From Macrostomum lignano (taxonomy: Eukaryota): 64,000 bases of DNA. Below the pieces are notes generated by a model. It was not told the DNA's origin. It saw nothing but the letters and a program-made list of their open reading frames with translations, and ran no database searches. This document shows positions 50,355 through 62,034 of this stretch, one piece after another. Position 1 is the stretch's first letter. Each line of letters begins with the position of its first letter. Where the stretch lies: contig NIVC01000006.1 of the NCBI GenBank assembly GCA_002269645.1, forward strand, positions 434,001-498,000. The letters are read 5' to 3'. A program made the position numbers and the translations under genes.

Positions 50355-51103
50355 ATTCAGATTGTATAATTAATTTTTATCAAAGACTCAAATTATTCAG
50401 ATTGTATAATTAGCTAAGACTCCAAATCATTCAGATTGTATAATTTGCTAAGACTCCAAATCATTCAGATTGTATAATTAGCTAAGACTCCAAATCATTC
50501 AGATTGTATAATTAGCTAAGACTCCAAATCATTCAGATTGTATAATTAGCTAAGACTCCAAATCATTCAGATTGTTTAATTAGCTAAGACCCCCATCATT
50601 CAGATGTATAATTAGCCAAGACTCCAATCATTCAGATTGTTTAATTAGCTAAGACCCCCATCATTCAGATGTATAATTAGCCAAGACTCCAATCATTCAG
50701 ATTGTTTAATTAGCTAAGACCCCCATCATTCAGATGTATAATTAGCCAAGACTCCAATCATTCAGATGTATAATTAGCTAAGACTCCAAATCATTCAGAT
50801 TGTTTAATTAGCTAAGACCCCCATCATTCAGATGTATAATTAGCCAAGACTCCAATCATTCAGATTGTTTAATTAGCTAAGACCCCCATCATTCAGATGT
50901 ATAATTAGCCAAGACTCCAATCATTCAGATTGTTTAATTAGCTAAGACCCCATCATTCAGATGTATAATTAGCCAAGACTCCAATCATTCAGATTGTTTA
51001 ATTAGCTAAGACCCCCATCATTCAGATGTATAATTAGCCAAGACTCCAATCATTCAGATTGTTTAATTAGCTAAGACCCCCATCATTCAGATGTATAATT
51101 AGC
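50355..51103. repeat. AT-rich 32-34-bp minisatellite with 65-bp dimeric higher-order unit
   Basis: TCATTCAGATTGTATAATTAGCTAAGACTCCAAA monomers, then alternating 32+33-bp units (GACCCCCATC at 50588, 50653, 50718). Confidence 0.97.
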
Positions 51104-51671
51104 AAAGTACAATATTTTTCTGTTTGAAGTTAAAGTACCTACAGGTAAAGTCTGCAGTAGTTTAAGTACGCTCAAATTAGAATGCTCAACAAGCGCGTGC
51201 GTCATGACTGGTTGGAAAGAAAAGTTTATTTAAACAAAAGTGCGAGCACTTTGGAACTAGCATGGCGCCACAAAACTCCATCTGTCGGACCATTTTGCTT
51301 GCCTATTGAGAGCAGTGCTCATGCTTTGTAAAGGGTTTTATATTCCGACGAGTAACCTGAACTGCTCTCTTTTGTTGGGGTCTTTTGATCTTTCTTTCAA
51401 AGTATTATCTTACTCGCGCAAAACCAAAATTAAGAGCGTATTTCTCAGCCATTGCTATTCTTGAAGGAATATGATGAGAAGCGATGGCGTGCAGTCCACA
51501 CTGTATCTTTATAGGTGTGTAGCTGTCTTATCACCTGACTGCCCAGGCATCAAAGTAACGGTATAAACTAGTATGAGCTGAAATTTAAGTACAGCTCTAC
51601 CGCTGCAGATGCTGTTTTTCATGTCCACCTCAGCATCATTCCAAGCTAAGATTGTGTAGCTGGATTGTCTA

Positions 51672-52964
51672 GCCCCTCTGTAGCTGGCGCCCCCTCTGTA
51701 GCTGGCGCCCCCTTTGTAGCTGGCGCCCCCTTTGTAGCTGGCGCCCCCTCTGTAGCTGGCGCCCCCTCTGTAGCTGGCGCCCCTTCTGTAGCTGGCGCCC
51801 CCTCTGTAGCTGGCGCCCCCTCTGTAGCTGGCGCCCCCTCTGTAGCTGGCGCCCCCTCTGTAGCTGGCGCCCCCTTTGTAGCTGGCGCCCCCTTTGTAGC
51901 TGGCGCCCCCTTTGTAGCTGGCGCCCCCTCTGTAGCTGGCGCCCCCTCTGTAGCTGGCGCCCCCTCTGTAGCTGGCGCCCCCTCTGTAGCTGGCGCCCCC
52001 TCTGTAGCTGGCGCCCCCTCTGTAGCTGGCGCCCCCTCTGTAGCTGGCGCCCCCTCTGTAGCTGGCGCCCCCTCTGTAGCTGGCGCCCCCTCTGTAGCTG
52101 GCGCCCCCTCTAGCTGGCGCCCCCTCTGTAGCTGGCGCCCCCTCTGTAGCTGGCGCCCCCTCTGTAGCTGGCGCCCCCTCTGTAGCTGGCGCCCCCTCTA
52201 GCTGGCGCCCCCTCTAGCTGGCGCCCCCTCTAGCTGGCGCCCCTCTAGCTGGCGCCCCTCTAGCTGGCGCCCCCTCTAGCTGGCGCCCCCTCTAGCTGGC
52301 GCCCCCTCTAGCTGGCGCCCCCTCTAGCTGGCGCCCCCTCTAGCTGGCGCCCCCTCTAGCTGGCGCCCCCTCTAGCTGGCGCCCCCTCTAGCTGGCGCCC
52401 CTCTAGCTGGCGCCCCCTCTAGCTGGCGCCCCCTGTAGCTGGCGCCCCCTCTAGCTGGCGCCCCCTCTAGCTGGCGCCCCCTCTGTAGCTGGCGCCCCCT
52501 CTGTAGCTGGCGCCCCCTCTGTAGCTGGCGCCCCCTCTGTAGCTGGCGCCCCCTCTGTAGCTGGCGCCCCCTCTGTAGCTGGCGCCCCCTCTGTAGCTGG
52601 CGCCCCCTCTGTAGCTGGCGCCCCCTCTAGCTGGCGCCCCCTCTGTAGCTGGCGCCCCCTCTGTAGCTGGCGCCCCCTCTGTAGCTGGCGCCCCCTCTAG
52701 CTGGCGCCCCCTCTAGCTGGCGCACCCTCTGTAGCTGGCGCCCCCTCTAGCTGGCGCCCCCTCTAGCTGGCGCCCCCTCTAGCTGGCGCCCCCTCTAGCT
52801 GGCGCCCCCTCTAGCTGGCGCCCCCTCTAGCTGGCGCCCCCTCTAGCTGGCGCCCCCTCTAGCTGGCGCCCCTCTAGCTGGCGCCCCCTCTAGCTGGCGC
52901 CCCCTCTAGCTGGCGCCCCCTCTGTAGCTGGCGCCCACTCTGTAGCTGGCGCCCTCTCTGTAGC
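51672..52964. repeat. 18/16-bp minisatellite (GTAGCTGGCGCCCCCTCT / AGCTGGCGCCCCCTCT)
   Basis: Blocks of 18-mers alternate with blocks of 16-mers lacking GT. Confidence 0.98.
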
Positions 52965-53390
52965 AAGTGTAAACAAGTCTCAGTGTTATTAGCTCACTCA
53001 TTATTGTGATTTGGTTTGCTGAACTTGCGGGCCATAAGATCTTGCGTTGTCCAATAATAAGGTTTTTTAAAAAAGCAAGCTGCTTTTTCTATTCCCAGGC
53101 TTCGAAAGCAACGAAAAACTGTACGTTCCTATTCATACATTCATAAATGAGACTGTACACGAGACTCGTGAAAAAGCACGCTGCTATAGACAGGTGCAGA
53201 TAAAGAAACACAGACAGACAGCCATGCAAAGATAAGGAAACTTCGTATCGTATTGTCGGTCACTATACTCTGCAACAAGTTTAAGGTTCCTTCTCAAGTC
53301 GTTTCACTCTTATCGGATTAAACAATTTTATATCTTCTGTAGTAATTTTCTAGGTAATTTTCTATTATTCAATAACTGGACAGAGAATTA

Positions 53391-53480
53391 ATGGAGCTGC
53401 AAGGTGTTCAAAGTCTAAATTCTGACATGGAACTGTACTCAAAACCAAATGGAGTTGCTATGACTAATAGAGGCGCAGCG
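53391..53480 (+). CDS. MFSD2: Putative first coding exon of the MFSD2-type transporter
   Basis: ATG...MELQGVQSLNSDMELYSKPNGVAMTNRGAA ends at a phase-0 GCG|GTAAGC donor compatible with the phase-0 acceptor at 55410. The downstream exon has no in-frame ATG before TM1. Confidence 0.45.
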
Positions 53481-53538
53481 GTAAGCATTATAATTATTGC
53501 ATCTTGCGTGCACTTCAGTGCTTCAGTGCTTCAAATGA

Positions 53539-54386
53539 TTCATAAATATCTGTGTCATAGATGGTTCATAAATGTCTGCCATAGATGGTTCATAAATGTC
53601 TGCCATAGATGGTTCATAAATATCTGTGCCATAGATGGTTCATAAATGTCTGCCATAGATGGTTCATAAATGTCTGCCATAGATGGTTCATAAATGTCTG
53701 CCATAGATGGTTCATAAATGTCTGCCATAGATGGTTCATAAATATCTGTGCCATAGATGGTTCATAAATATCTGTGCCATAGATGGTTCATAAATGTCTG
53801 CCATAGATGGTTCATAAATATCTGTGCCATAGATGGTTCATAAATATCTGTGCCATAGATGGTTCATAAATATCTGTGCCATAGATGGTTCATAAATATC
53901 TGTGCCATAGATGGTTCATAAATATCTGTGCCATAGATGGTTCATAAATATCTGTGCCATAGATGGTTCATAAATGTCTGCCATAGATGGTTCATAAATA
54001 TCTGTGCCATAGATGGTTCATAAATATCTGTGCCATAGATGGTTCATAAATATCTGTGCCATAGATGGTTCATAAATATCTGTGCCATAGATGGTTCATA
54101 AATATCTGTGCCATAGATGGTTCATAAATATCTGTGCCATAGATGGTTCATAAATGTCTGCCATAGATGGTTCATAAATATCTGTGCCATAGATGGTTCA
54201 TAAATATCTGTGCCATAGATGGTTCATAAATGTCTGCCATAGATGGTTCATAAATATCTGTGCCATAGATGGTTCATAAATGTCTGCCATAGATGGTTCA
54301 TAAATATCTGTGCCATAGATGGTTCATAAATATCTGTGCCATAGATGGTTCATAAATATCTGTGCCATAAATGGGTTATAAATATC
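53539..54386. repeat. 26/24-bp minisatellite (GCCATAGATGGTTCATAAATATCTGT / ...AAATGTCT)
   Basis: About 33 tandem units of two length variants. Confidence 0.98.
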
Positions 54387-54707
54387 AACGCCAACTAATA
54401 CGACGTACAAACGTAGTTAAGGGTGCAAAAACCCGTGCAAGATTCGACAAGCTTTTATAAAGTACACGTGTAGTTCCTACGCTAGACAGACAGCCAATAA
54501 ATTGCATTGCTGGCACAACATTTGGAGCAAGTCAAATAAATGTGATATGCATTAAAATCGATAAAAATTTTAGCTCGTATTCGGGAGTCAGTGGACTCAA
54601 CAGGTGGTTCGTTTTTATCGAATTTTTGTAGAGCACGAGCTTTGCTTGCATTCTCCCACTAGAGCGATAGCTTCTGATGCAGCTGTTGGCAAGCTTAGTA
54701 GCAGCCC

Positions 54708-55334
54708 TGTGTGGCTGGCGGCCCCTTCTGTAGCTGGCGCCCCTCTGTAGCTGGCGCTCCCTCTAGCTAGCGCCCCTTCTGTAGCTGGTAAGACAGGAGC
54801 GCCCACCAAGAGACAGGGTCGCCCACAAAGAGACAGGGGCGCCCACAAAGAGACAGGGGCGCCCACCAAGAGACAGAGGGCGCCCAACAAGAGACGGGCG
54901 CGCCCACCAAGAGACAGGGGGCGCCAACCAAGAGACAGGGGCGCCCACCAAGAGACAGGGGCGCCCACCAAGAGACAGGGGCACCCAGCATGAGACATGG
55001 GTTCCCACCAAGAGACAGAGGGCGCCCACCAAGAGACAGAGGGCGCCCACCAAGAGAGACGGGGGCGCCCACCAAGAGAGACGGGGGCGCCCACCAAGAG
55101 ACGGAGGGCGCCCACCAAGAGAGACGGGGGCGCCCACCAAGAGAGACGGGGGCGCCCACCAAGAGACAGAGGGCGCCCACCAAGAGAGACGGGGGCGCCC
55201 ACCAAGAGACAGGGGCGCCCACCAAGAGAGACGGGGGCGCCCACCAAGAGAGACGGGGGCGCCCACCAAGAGACGGAGGGCGCCCACCAAGAGAGACGGG
55301 GGCGCCCACCAAGAGAGACGGGGGCGCCCACCAA
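54708..55334. repeat. Composite array: 18-mer GTAGCTGGCGCCCC family (54708-54788) fused to the reverse-oriented 20-22-mer GGGGCGCCCACCAAGAGAC family (54790-55334)
   Basis: Direct junction GTAGCTGG-TAAGACAGGAGCGCCCACC; the families match the arrays at 51672 and 23051. Confidence 0.93.
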
Positions 55335-55410
55335 TCTCCATGATTGCCTGTGATCTTCCTGCCACTATAAAAGCCATTTGAACACAAGCGCTCATGGCTC
55401 AACCTCTCAG

Positions 55411-55845
55411 ACTGGGTCAGCCGCAGATGCCTCCTGGGAACCAGCGACTTCTCAGCAGGAGCAGCGGGAGCAGAAGAGGCAGCTCAGCCTGTGCCGCATT
55501 GCTCTGTTCGGTCTGGCTGGGCCGCCACTGCAGATGACGGGCAACGTGGCGGCATTCTACTTCAGCATCTACCTGCTCGAGGTGGCCCGGCTCAGCCCGG
55601 CCTACGTGTCCGTTATCAGCTTCTCCGGACGGGCGTGGGACGCCGTGACGGACCCGCTGATCGGGCTGCTGCTGTCCTGCACCAACACGAGATTCGGCAA
55701 AACCCGGCCGTGGATCCTGGGCTCGAGTCTTTGCGGCAGCTGCCTGTTTCTGTTCATGTGGTGGCCGGTTGCGGCAGCTGAAACGCAGGCTGGCAAGTTT
55801 GCCTACTACCTGCTGATGCACCTGGTGTACTGCACCCTCGTCACG
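55411..55845 (+). CDS. MFSD2: MFSD2-type (sodium-dependent lysolipid/GPH family) MFS transporter, exon 2
   Basis: CTCTCAG|ACT; FSGRAWDAVTDPLIG...TRFGKTRPW, matching the MFSD2A GRAWDAITDPLVG...GRLMPW motif; donor ACG|GTGAGT. Confidence 0.9.
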
Positions 55846-55928
55846 GTGAGTCAGTGTCAGTATGTCTACTGTTGACTAACCATTCCGGTGCACCATTCCG
55901 GTGACACTCTCTCTCTTCAGCCGTCTGA

Positions 55929-56760
<832 letters not shown>

Positions 56761-56918
56761 CCCCCTTCCGTCTGACTCTCTCCAGCTTTCTAACTCTGAC
56801 TCTTCACCTCCGTGATTTTCCCAACCTGTTGCTTGAATTGCGCCATATACTTTCATTCAAAACTTACATGCATCGAAACTCATAACTTATCAACAAGTCA
56901 AACAAATCCACACCACAG

Positions 56919-57137
56919 TGCTACCACATCCCGTACACCTCCGCCACGGTGCTGCTGTCGCCGCATTCGGCCGACCGCGACGCAGCCACCGCCGCCCGCA
57001 TCGCCTGCGAGCTGCTGTTTACCATCGTTGGCAGCGCCGCCTTTGGCGCCGTGATCGGCTCAAAGAGAATCGCCACCGAGTGCGGAAATTTTTCCACGAA
57101 TGGCACCGCCGATATGCTGCTGAGGGCTTCTGAGGAG
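56919..57137 (+). CDS. MFSD2: MFSD2-type transporter exon 3
   Basis: CCACAG|TGC; CYHIPYTSATVLLSPHSADRDAATAARIACELLFTIVG (MFSD2A: CFHVPYSALTMFIS...ERDSATAYRMTVE); donor GAG|GTGGGC. Confidence 0.92.
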
Positions 57138-57167
57138 GTGGGCTGAGTCTTTGTTAGTTCCGTGTAG

Positions 57168-57415
57168 GGTGCCTGGGTAGCCTACAGGTTACCTGGGTAG
57201 GTTACAGAGTACCTTCGTAGGATAAAAGATACCTTGGTAGTTTGCAGGGTACCTGGGTAGGTGACAGGGTACCCGGGTAGGTGACAGGGTACCTGGGTAG
57301 GCGACAGGGTTCTCAGGTAGGTTAGAGGGTACCTAGGTAGGTTACAGGGTACTTAGGTAGGTTAGAGGGTACCTAGGTACAGGGTATCTGTGTAGGTTGC
57401 AGGGTTTCTGAGTAG
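57168..57415. repeat. Diverged 20-bp minisatellite (GGGTACCTGGGTAGGTKACA)
   Basis: Period 20, about 12 copies, in MFSD2 intron 3. Confidence 0.9.
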
Positions 57416-57829
57416 TGTCTATTCGCTGTGCTCAAGGGTACCTAGGTATTTTAGCTATAACGAGGTTGCTAAGGTGCAAGTTTCGACCGGCTATTGATAA
57501 AACATTCAGCCTTTAAGCCTCTATCAGCTCTTTTATCTGTCCGATTTCGCAATTTCGTCTGTTATAAAATACGAATACAATTTAGTTTAAAAGTGCAGAA
57601 AAACCGCGTGCACCCCTGCAGGCAGCCAGTCCAGAGTTGTGATTTGCACACAGCTGGGGTAATTTAGCTTATCTATAAAATTATTATTCAAAGTTTCAAC
57701 AGACTACAAGTAAGATTTTTGCAGACTAAAAACCTGCGTTGGGTGATAAAATTTACCGATAAAACTGGCTTTTTACTTTTATAGTTCAATGCATGATTAC
57801 TAATAGCAGGTCCTTTAGTCGATTGAATT

Positions 57830-58256
57830 GAGTGACAGCCGATTGACAGATACTGGGAAACGAGGAGTGACAGCCGAGTGACAGATACTGGAGGGTAGAG
57901 TGACAGATGCTGGGGGATAGAGTGACAAATACTGGAGAGAGAGTGACAGATACTGGAGGGTAGTGACAGATACTGGAGGGTGGAGTGACAGATACTGGAG
58001 GGTAGAGTGACAGATACTGGAGGGTGGAGTGACAGATACTGGAGGGTAGAGTGACAGATACTGGAGGTAGAGTGACAGATACTGGAGGGTGGAGTGACAG
58101 ATACTGGAGGGAGAGTGACAGATACTGGAGGGAGAGTGACAGATACTGGAGGGAGAGTGACAGATGCTGGGGGGTAGAGTGACAGATGCTTGGGGGTAGA
58201 GTGACAGATACTGGAAGGTAGAGTGACAGATACTGGAGGGTGGAGTGACAGACAAG
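57830..58256. repeat. 21/22-bp minisatellite (GAGTGACAGATACTGGAGGGTA)
   Basis: About 20 copies in MFSD2 intron 3. Confidence 0.95.
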
Positions 58257-58297
58257 AGGGCATAGACAAAGATTTCAAACTATTTGAACCCCCACAG

Positions 58298-58510
58298 AGA
58301 GACAGCTACAAGCTGGCTGCAGGAATAATCTCCCTGATTTATCTGAGCTGCGGCATTGTCGGCTTCTTGGGAATCAAAGAGCGAGTGACTTCAGTTCGGG
58401 ACAGTTCCGAGAGCTTTGCCAGCACGCTTCGGCGAATCGGCGAAGTCATCACCTTCAAGCCATACGTAGCCCTCATGATGGCCTTCCTGTTCATGTCTCT
58501 GGGCATTCAG
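58298..58510 (+). CDS. MFSD2: MFSD2-type transporter exon 4
   Basis: CCCACAG|AGA; SYKLAAGIISLIYLSCGIVGFLGIKER...FKPYVALMMAFLFMSLGIQ; donor CAG|GTGAGT. Confidence 0.92.
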
Positions 58511-58534
58511 GTGAGTAGTTCTCAAAGGTAGTTG

Positions 58535-58900
58535 AGACGATTCTCATCGGTAGTTAGAGGCGATTCTCATTGATAGTTAGAGGCGATTCTCATCGGTAGT
58601 TAGAAGCGATTCTCATCGGTAGTTAGAAGCGATTCTCATTGGTAGTTAGAAGCGATTTTTATCGGTAGTTAGAGGCGATTTTATCGGTAGTTAGAGGCAA
58701 TTCTCATCCGTAGTTAGAGGCGATTTTTATCGGAGGCGATTCTCATTGGTAGTTAGAAGCGATTCTCATCGGTAGTTAGAGGCGATTCTCATTGGTAGTT
58801 AGAGGCGATTCTCATTGGTAGTTACAGCCGATTTTCATCGGTAGTTAGAGGCGATTCTCATTGGTAGTTAGACAATTATCATCGGTAGTTAGAAGCGATT
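58535..58900. repeat. 23-bp minisatellite (GCGATTCTCATCGGTAGTTAGAR)
   Basis: Period 23 (CGATTC at 58561, 58584, ...); fills MFSD2 intron 4. Confidence 0.95.
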
Positions 58901-58960
58901 CAGTAATTAGATGGAAATTTTAAGGGTAGTTGGTCTCTGGGACTCGCCTCCACTTTGCAG

Positions 58961-59128
58961 ACAATCCAAGCCAACTTAGGCCTATTCACTACACACCGTT
59001 TGAAAATTGGCTGGCACATGACTTTCGGTTTCATGTGTGTCCTTGTGGTAGCCACCCTGTGCGTGCCTTTGATGCACCTGCTGAATCAGCGAATCGGAAA
59101 GAAGAAAGTCTTCATTATTGGAGTGATG
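58961..59128 (+). CDS. MFSD2: MFSD2-type transporter exon 5
   Basis: TTTGCAG|ACA; TIQANLGLFTTHRL...ATLCVPLMHLLNQRIGKKKVFIIG (MFSD2A: EGNFVLFCTY...ATLTIPIWQWFLTRFGKK); donor ATG|GTGAGT. Confidence 0.92.
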
Positions 59129-59162
59129 GTGAGTTCCTGCTGAATGGGAATTTCTGGGGCAG

Positions 59163-59610
59163 CAAGTGGGGTGGCTGACTGGGTGAGGGGGGTTATTAAG
59201 AGAGGCAGGGAGTGGGGTGGCTGACTGAGTGAGGGGAGGTTATTAAGAGAGGCAGAGAGTGGGGTGGCTGACTGGGTGAGGGGAGGTTATTAATAGAGGC
59301 AGGGAGTGGGGTGGCTGACTGGGTGAGGGGGTGTTACTAATAGAGGCAGGGAGTGGGGTGGCTGACTGGGTGAGGGGAGGTTATTAATAGAGGCAGGGAG
59401 TGGGGTGGCTGACTGGGTGAGGGGGTGTTACTAATAGAGGCAGGGAGTGGGGTGGCTGACTGAGTGAGGGGAGGTTATTAAGAGAGGCAGAGAGTGGGGT
59501 GGCTGACTGGGTGAGGGGGTGTTACTAATAGAGGCAGGGAGTGGGGTGGCTGACTGAGTGAGGGGAGGTTATTAAGAGAGGCAGAGAGTGGGGTGGCTGA
59601 CTGGGTGAGG
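59163..59610. repeat. About 47-bp G-rich minisatellite (GAGTGGGGTGGCTGACTGGGTGAGGGGAGGTTATTAATAGAGGCAGG)
   Basis: About 10 copies in MFSD2 intron 5. Confidence 0.95.
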
Positions 59611-59735
59611 GTTTATTGATAGCGCAAGGGGGGTCAGTAGTGAGTGCGTTGAGACAAGTATAAACTACAATGTAAATACACGATTGAAATGGCCAAATGC
59701 GGACTTTACACTAGCATCTACGCAACTCCTACCAG

Positions 59736-60148
59736 ATCGTGTTCCCCTGTCTACTGCTCACCCAACTGATGGAGCCAAAGACCCTGTTCTTGTACTATTT
59801 AGTCACCAGCCTGTCCGGTGTTACAATTTCGGTAGCCATGCTGCAGCCGTGGTCGATGCTGCCAGATGTTATTGAAGTGTTCTACAAACGTCACGGTGAC
59901 AGAATGGAGGCTACCTTCTATTCTCTGTACGCTTTCTTCACCAAATTTGCCGCGGGCATCAGCCTCGCAGTCTCCCAGCTGGCCCTGTGGCTCAGCAACT
60001 ACGATAGCAACGCGTGCGAGCAGCCCGAGTCGGTGTCGAACACGCTGCGACTGCTGATGGGCCCCGGCCCGATCGCGTGCCTGCTGGTGTCAATGCTTAT
60101 CATCATTTGCTTCTATCGGGTTCGACCAGTGGACAATGCGACGGAAGA
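59736..60148 (+). CDS. MFSD2: MFSD2-type transporter exon 6
   Basis: CCTACCAG|ATC; LQPWSMLPDVIE...EATFYSLYAFFTKFAAGISL...TLRLLMGPGP; consensus donor GA|GTGAGT at 60149 (phase 2). If unspliced, the frame stops at 60152. Confidence 0.93.
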
Positions 60149-60501
60149 GTGAGTGAGGGAGGGAAGGAGGCAGTGGCGGCGCAGGGGGGGGGGGGTAGCT
60201 GGGTGACCACAGGTCACTGCTTCAAGGGGGGTGACCACCCCACCATCCCCACGGCCCTCAAAAAGACCCTAGGAAGGGAGGGCAGATGGTCACCCCTGCT
60301 AGGCAACTTGCATCAATGGTTAAAAATGCATTTTTATAAGAATTTTCGTGCTGTACATTCGTTTTGCAAGAAGTGTGTCATACGAGCTAATTTGTTCGTG
60401 ATTTTTTACTTTCTTAGAAAATTTGTGTTCTAATTCAAATGTTTTTATTTGTTTAATTACGATTGGTAGGGGAAGGGGGTGACCACCTAACTACTGCCCA
60501 C

Positions 60502-60880
60502 GGGAAGAAGAGAGAAGAAAAGGAGGAGAGGGGAAAAAAGGAGAGGAGGGAAGGAGGGAGGAGAGGGGAAAAAAGGAGAGGAGGGAAGGAGGGAGGAGAG
60601 GAGAAAAGGAGAGAGGAGAGAGGAAGGAAGGAGAGAATTACCAGAGGAGATCGGAGGAAAGGAAAGAGAGGTGGGAATGAGAGAAGAGGAGGAGGAGAGA
60701 AGAGGAAAGCAGAGGAGGATCGAGAGGAGGGGAGGGGAGAGGATAGAAAAAAGGAGAGGGGATGAGAAGAGAGGAGGGCAGGAGAGAGGAGAGGGGAAGA
60801 TAGGATAGGAGGAGATAGGAGAGGGAGAGGAAACGAGGGAAGGAGAGGGGAGAGAGGAGAGGAGAGGAGAGCAGGGAAGG
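60502..60880. repeat. Polypurine (GA-rich) low-complexity tract
   Basis: About 380 nt almost entirely A/G (AGGAGAGG motifs) in MFSD2 intron 6. Confidence 0.92.
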
Positions 60881-61014
60881 TCCTGCAGAGGCCAAGGACC
60901 ACTTAAAGATACGTAATTCGTCCCTGACAAAAGCATCAGCAGAATTTTGAAGGACACAGCTCAGTTTCCATTAATCAGCCTCACCTCACTGCTACGCTCA
61001 AAATTGTTTTCCAG

Positions 61015-61135
61015 ACCGAACTCTCAGTCAGCCAACGAAACCAACATCCACGTGTCTCGAAGCGTCAGTGAACTTCAACGGCACCCACAACGCCGGGCGT
61101 TACTGCCCTCGGCAGACACCGAGCTCGGGTCCTAA
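61015..61135 (+). CDS. MFSD2: MFSD2-type transporter terminal exon, copy A
   Basis: CTCAC...TTGTTTTCCAG|A; phase 2 completes GAA and reads PNSQSANETNIHVSRSVSELQRHPQRRALLPSADTELGS*. Confidence 0.72.
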
Positions 61136-61856
61136 TGGCTGCTTGAATGCTCCCCTGAAGAGGTACAAAAGCTAGTCTTAACAACTAAAACTTTGCAGAA
61201 TTGTCACACATAGATGAATCCCATAATATGCTTTTTATAAATAATAATTCCTTTACTTCACGTCAAGCGGGTGCCAGCCTTCTCAGCTCCAGAAGGACGA
61301 GACACAGCTGACGAGCCGGAAGGCGCTGGACAGGCCGCGGCGAACTTCGGCGCTGCGGAGATGATCGAGTCTGGTGCGGCGGAGCCACCAATTGGATGCC
61401 GCCCGCATCCAAGAAGCTGCAAGATCCCGAGACCGGACTATCATGATTGATTTTCTTTCTGACTGATTTGATTCGAACTGATTCATGAACTGTCAATTTC
61501 CGCATGATGTTTCACTATCAAAAAAACTTTTAATCCCATTTTTATTTTCCTGTAAAAGTTCACGCGGGGGAAAGATGTTATACACGGCCACTCTCATTCT
61601 CTGCGCGGCTATTTTATTCCAAATGCACATTGAGCTGATGTACGTGCAAGGTTGATTGTACGTGTAATTGGATGTACGTTTCTCTCGCATCGAACCCTTA
61701 GGTTAGCTCTTAAATATATATATCGCAATCAATGCCCAAGTCGGGGCCGAAGTCTTACTCAGCAAATTATCTCTGTTTCGCGTCAGTCACTACAGACACA
61801 GCTCAGTTTCCATTAATCAGCCTCACCTCACTGCTACGCTCAAAATTGTTTTCCAG

Positions 61857-61977
61857 ACCGAACTCTCAGTCAGCCAACGAAACCAACATCCACGTGTCTC
61901 GAAGCGTCAGTGAACTTCAACGGTACCCACAACGCCGGGCGTTACTGCCCTCGGCAGACACCGAGCTCGGGTCCTAA
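61857..61977 (+). CDS. MFSD2: Duplicated terminal exon, copy B (alternative 3' end)
   Basis: 842 bp downstream of copy A; identical acceptor region; one coding difference (CAC>TAC, His>Tyr). Confidence 0.6.
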
Positions 61978-62034
61978 TGGCTGCTTGAATGCTCCCCTGA
62001 AGAGGGACAAAAGCTACTCTTAACGACTAAAACT

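Noticed and set aside
51665-52201. VAGAPS and PGAPA elastin/collagen-like ORFs (also 63159-63892)
   Set aside because: Products of 18-bp and 15-bp GGCGCC minisatellites. The 15-mer lies inside a well-defined intron, and the 18-mer also occurs in reverse orientation elsewhere.
60150-60152. TGA as the true stop of the transporter
   Set aside because: It lies within a consensus GTGAGT donor that splices in phase to the exon at 61015. It is retained only as a possible intron-retention isoform.
60170-60926. hAT-like element from CAGTGGCG (60170) to CGTCCCTG (60926) with GGTGACC sub-terminal motifs
   Set aside because: Termini match only 6 of 8 and there is no 8-bp TSD; not supportable without other copies.
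61262-61500. GC-rich spacer between the duplicated exons as a separate gene
   Set aside because: Short frames with stops and no clear splice sites or motifs; possibly a decayed coding fragment but unsupported.
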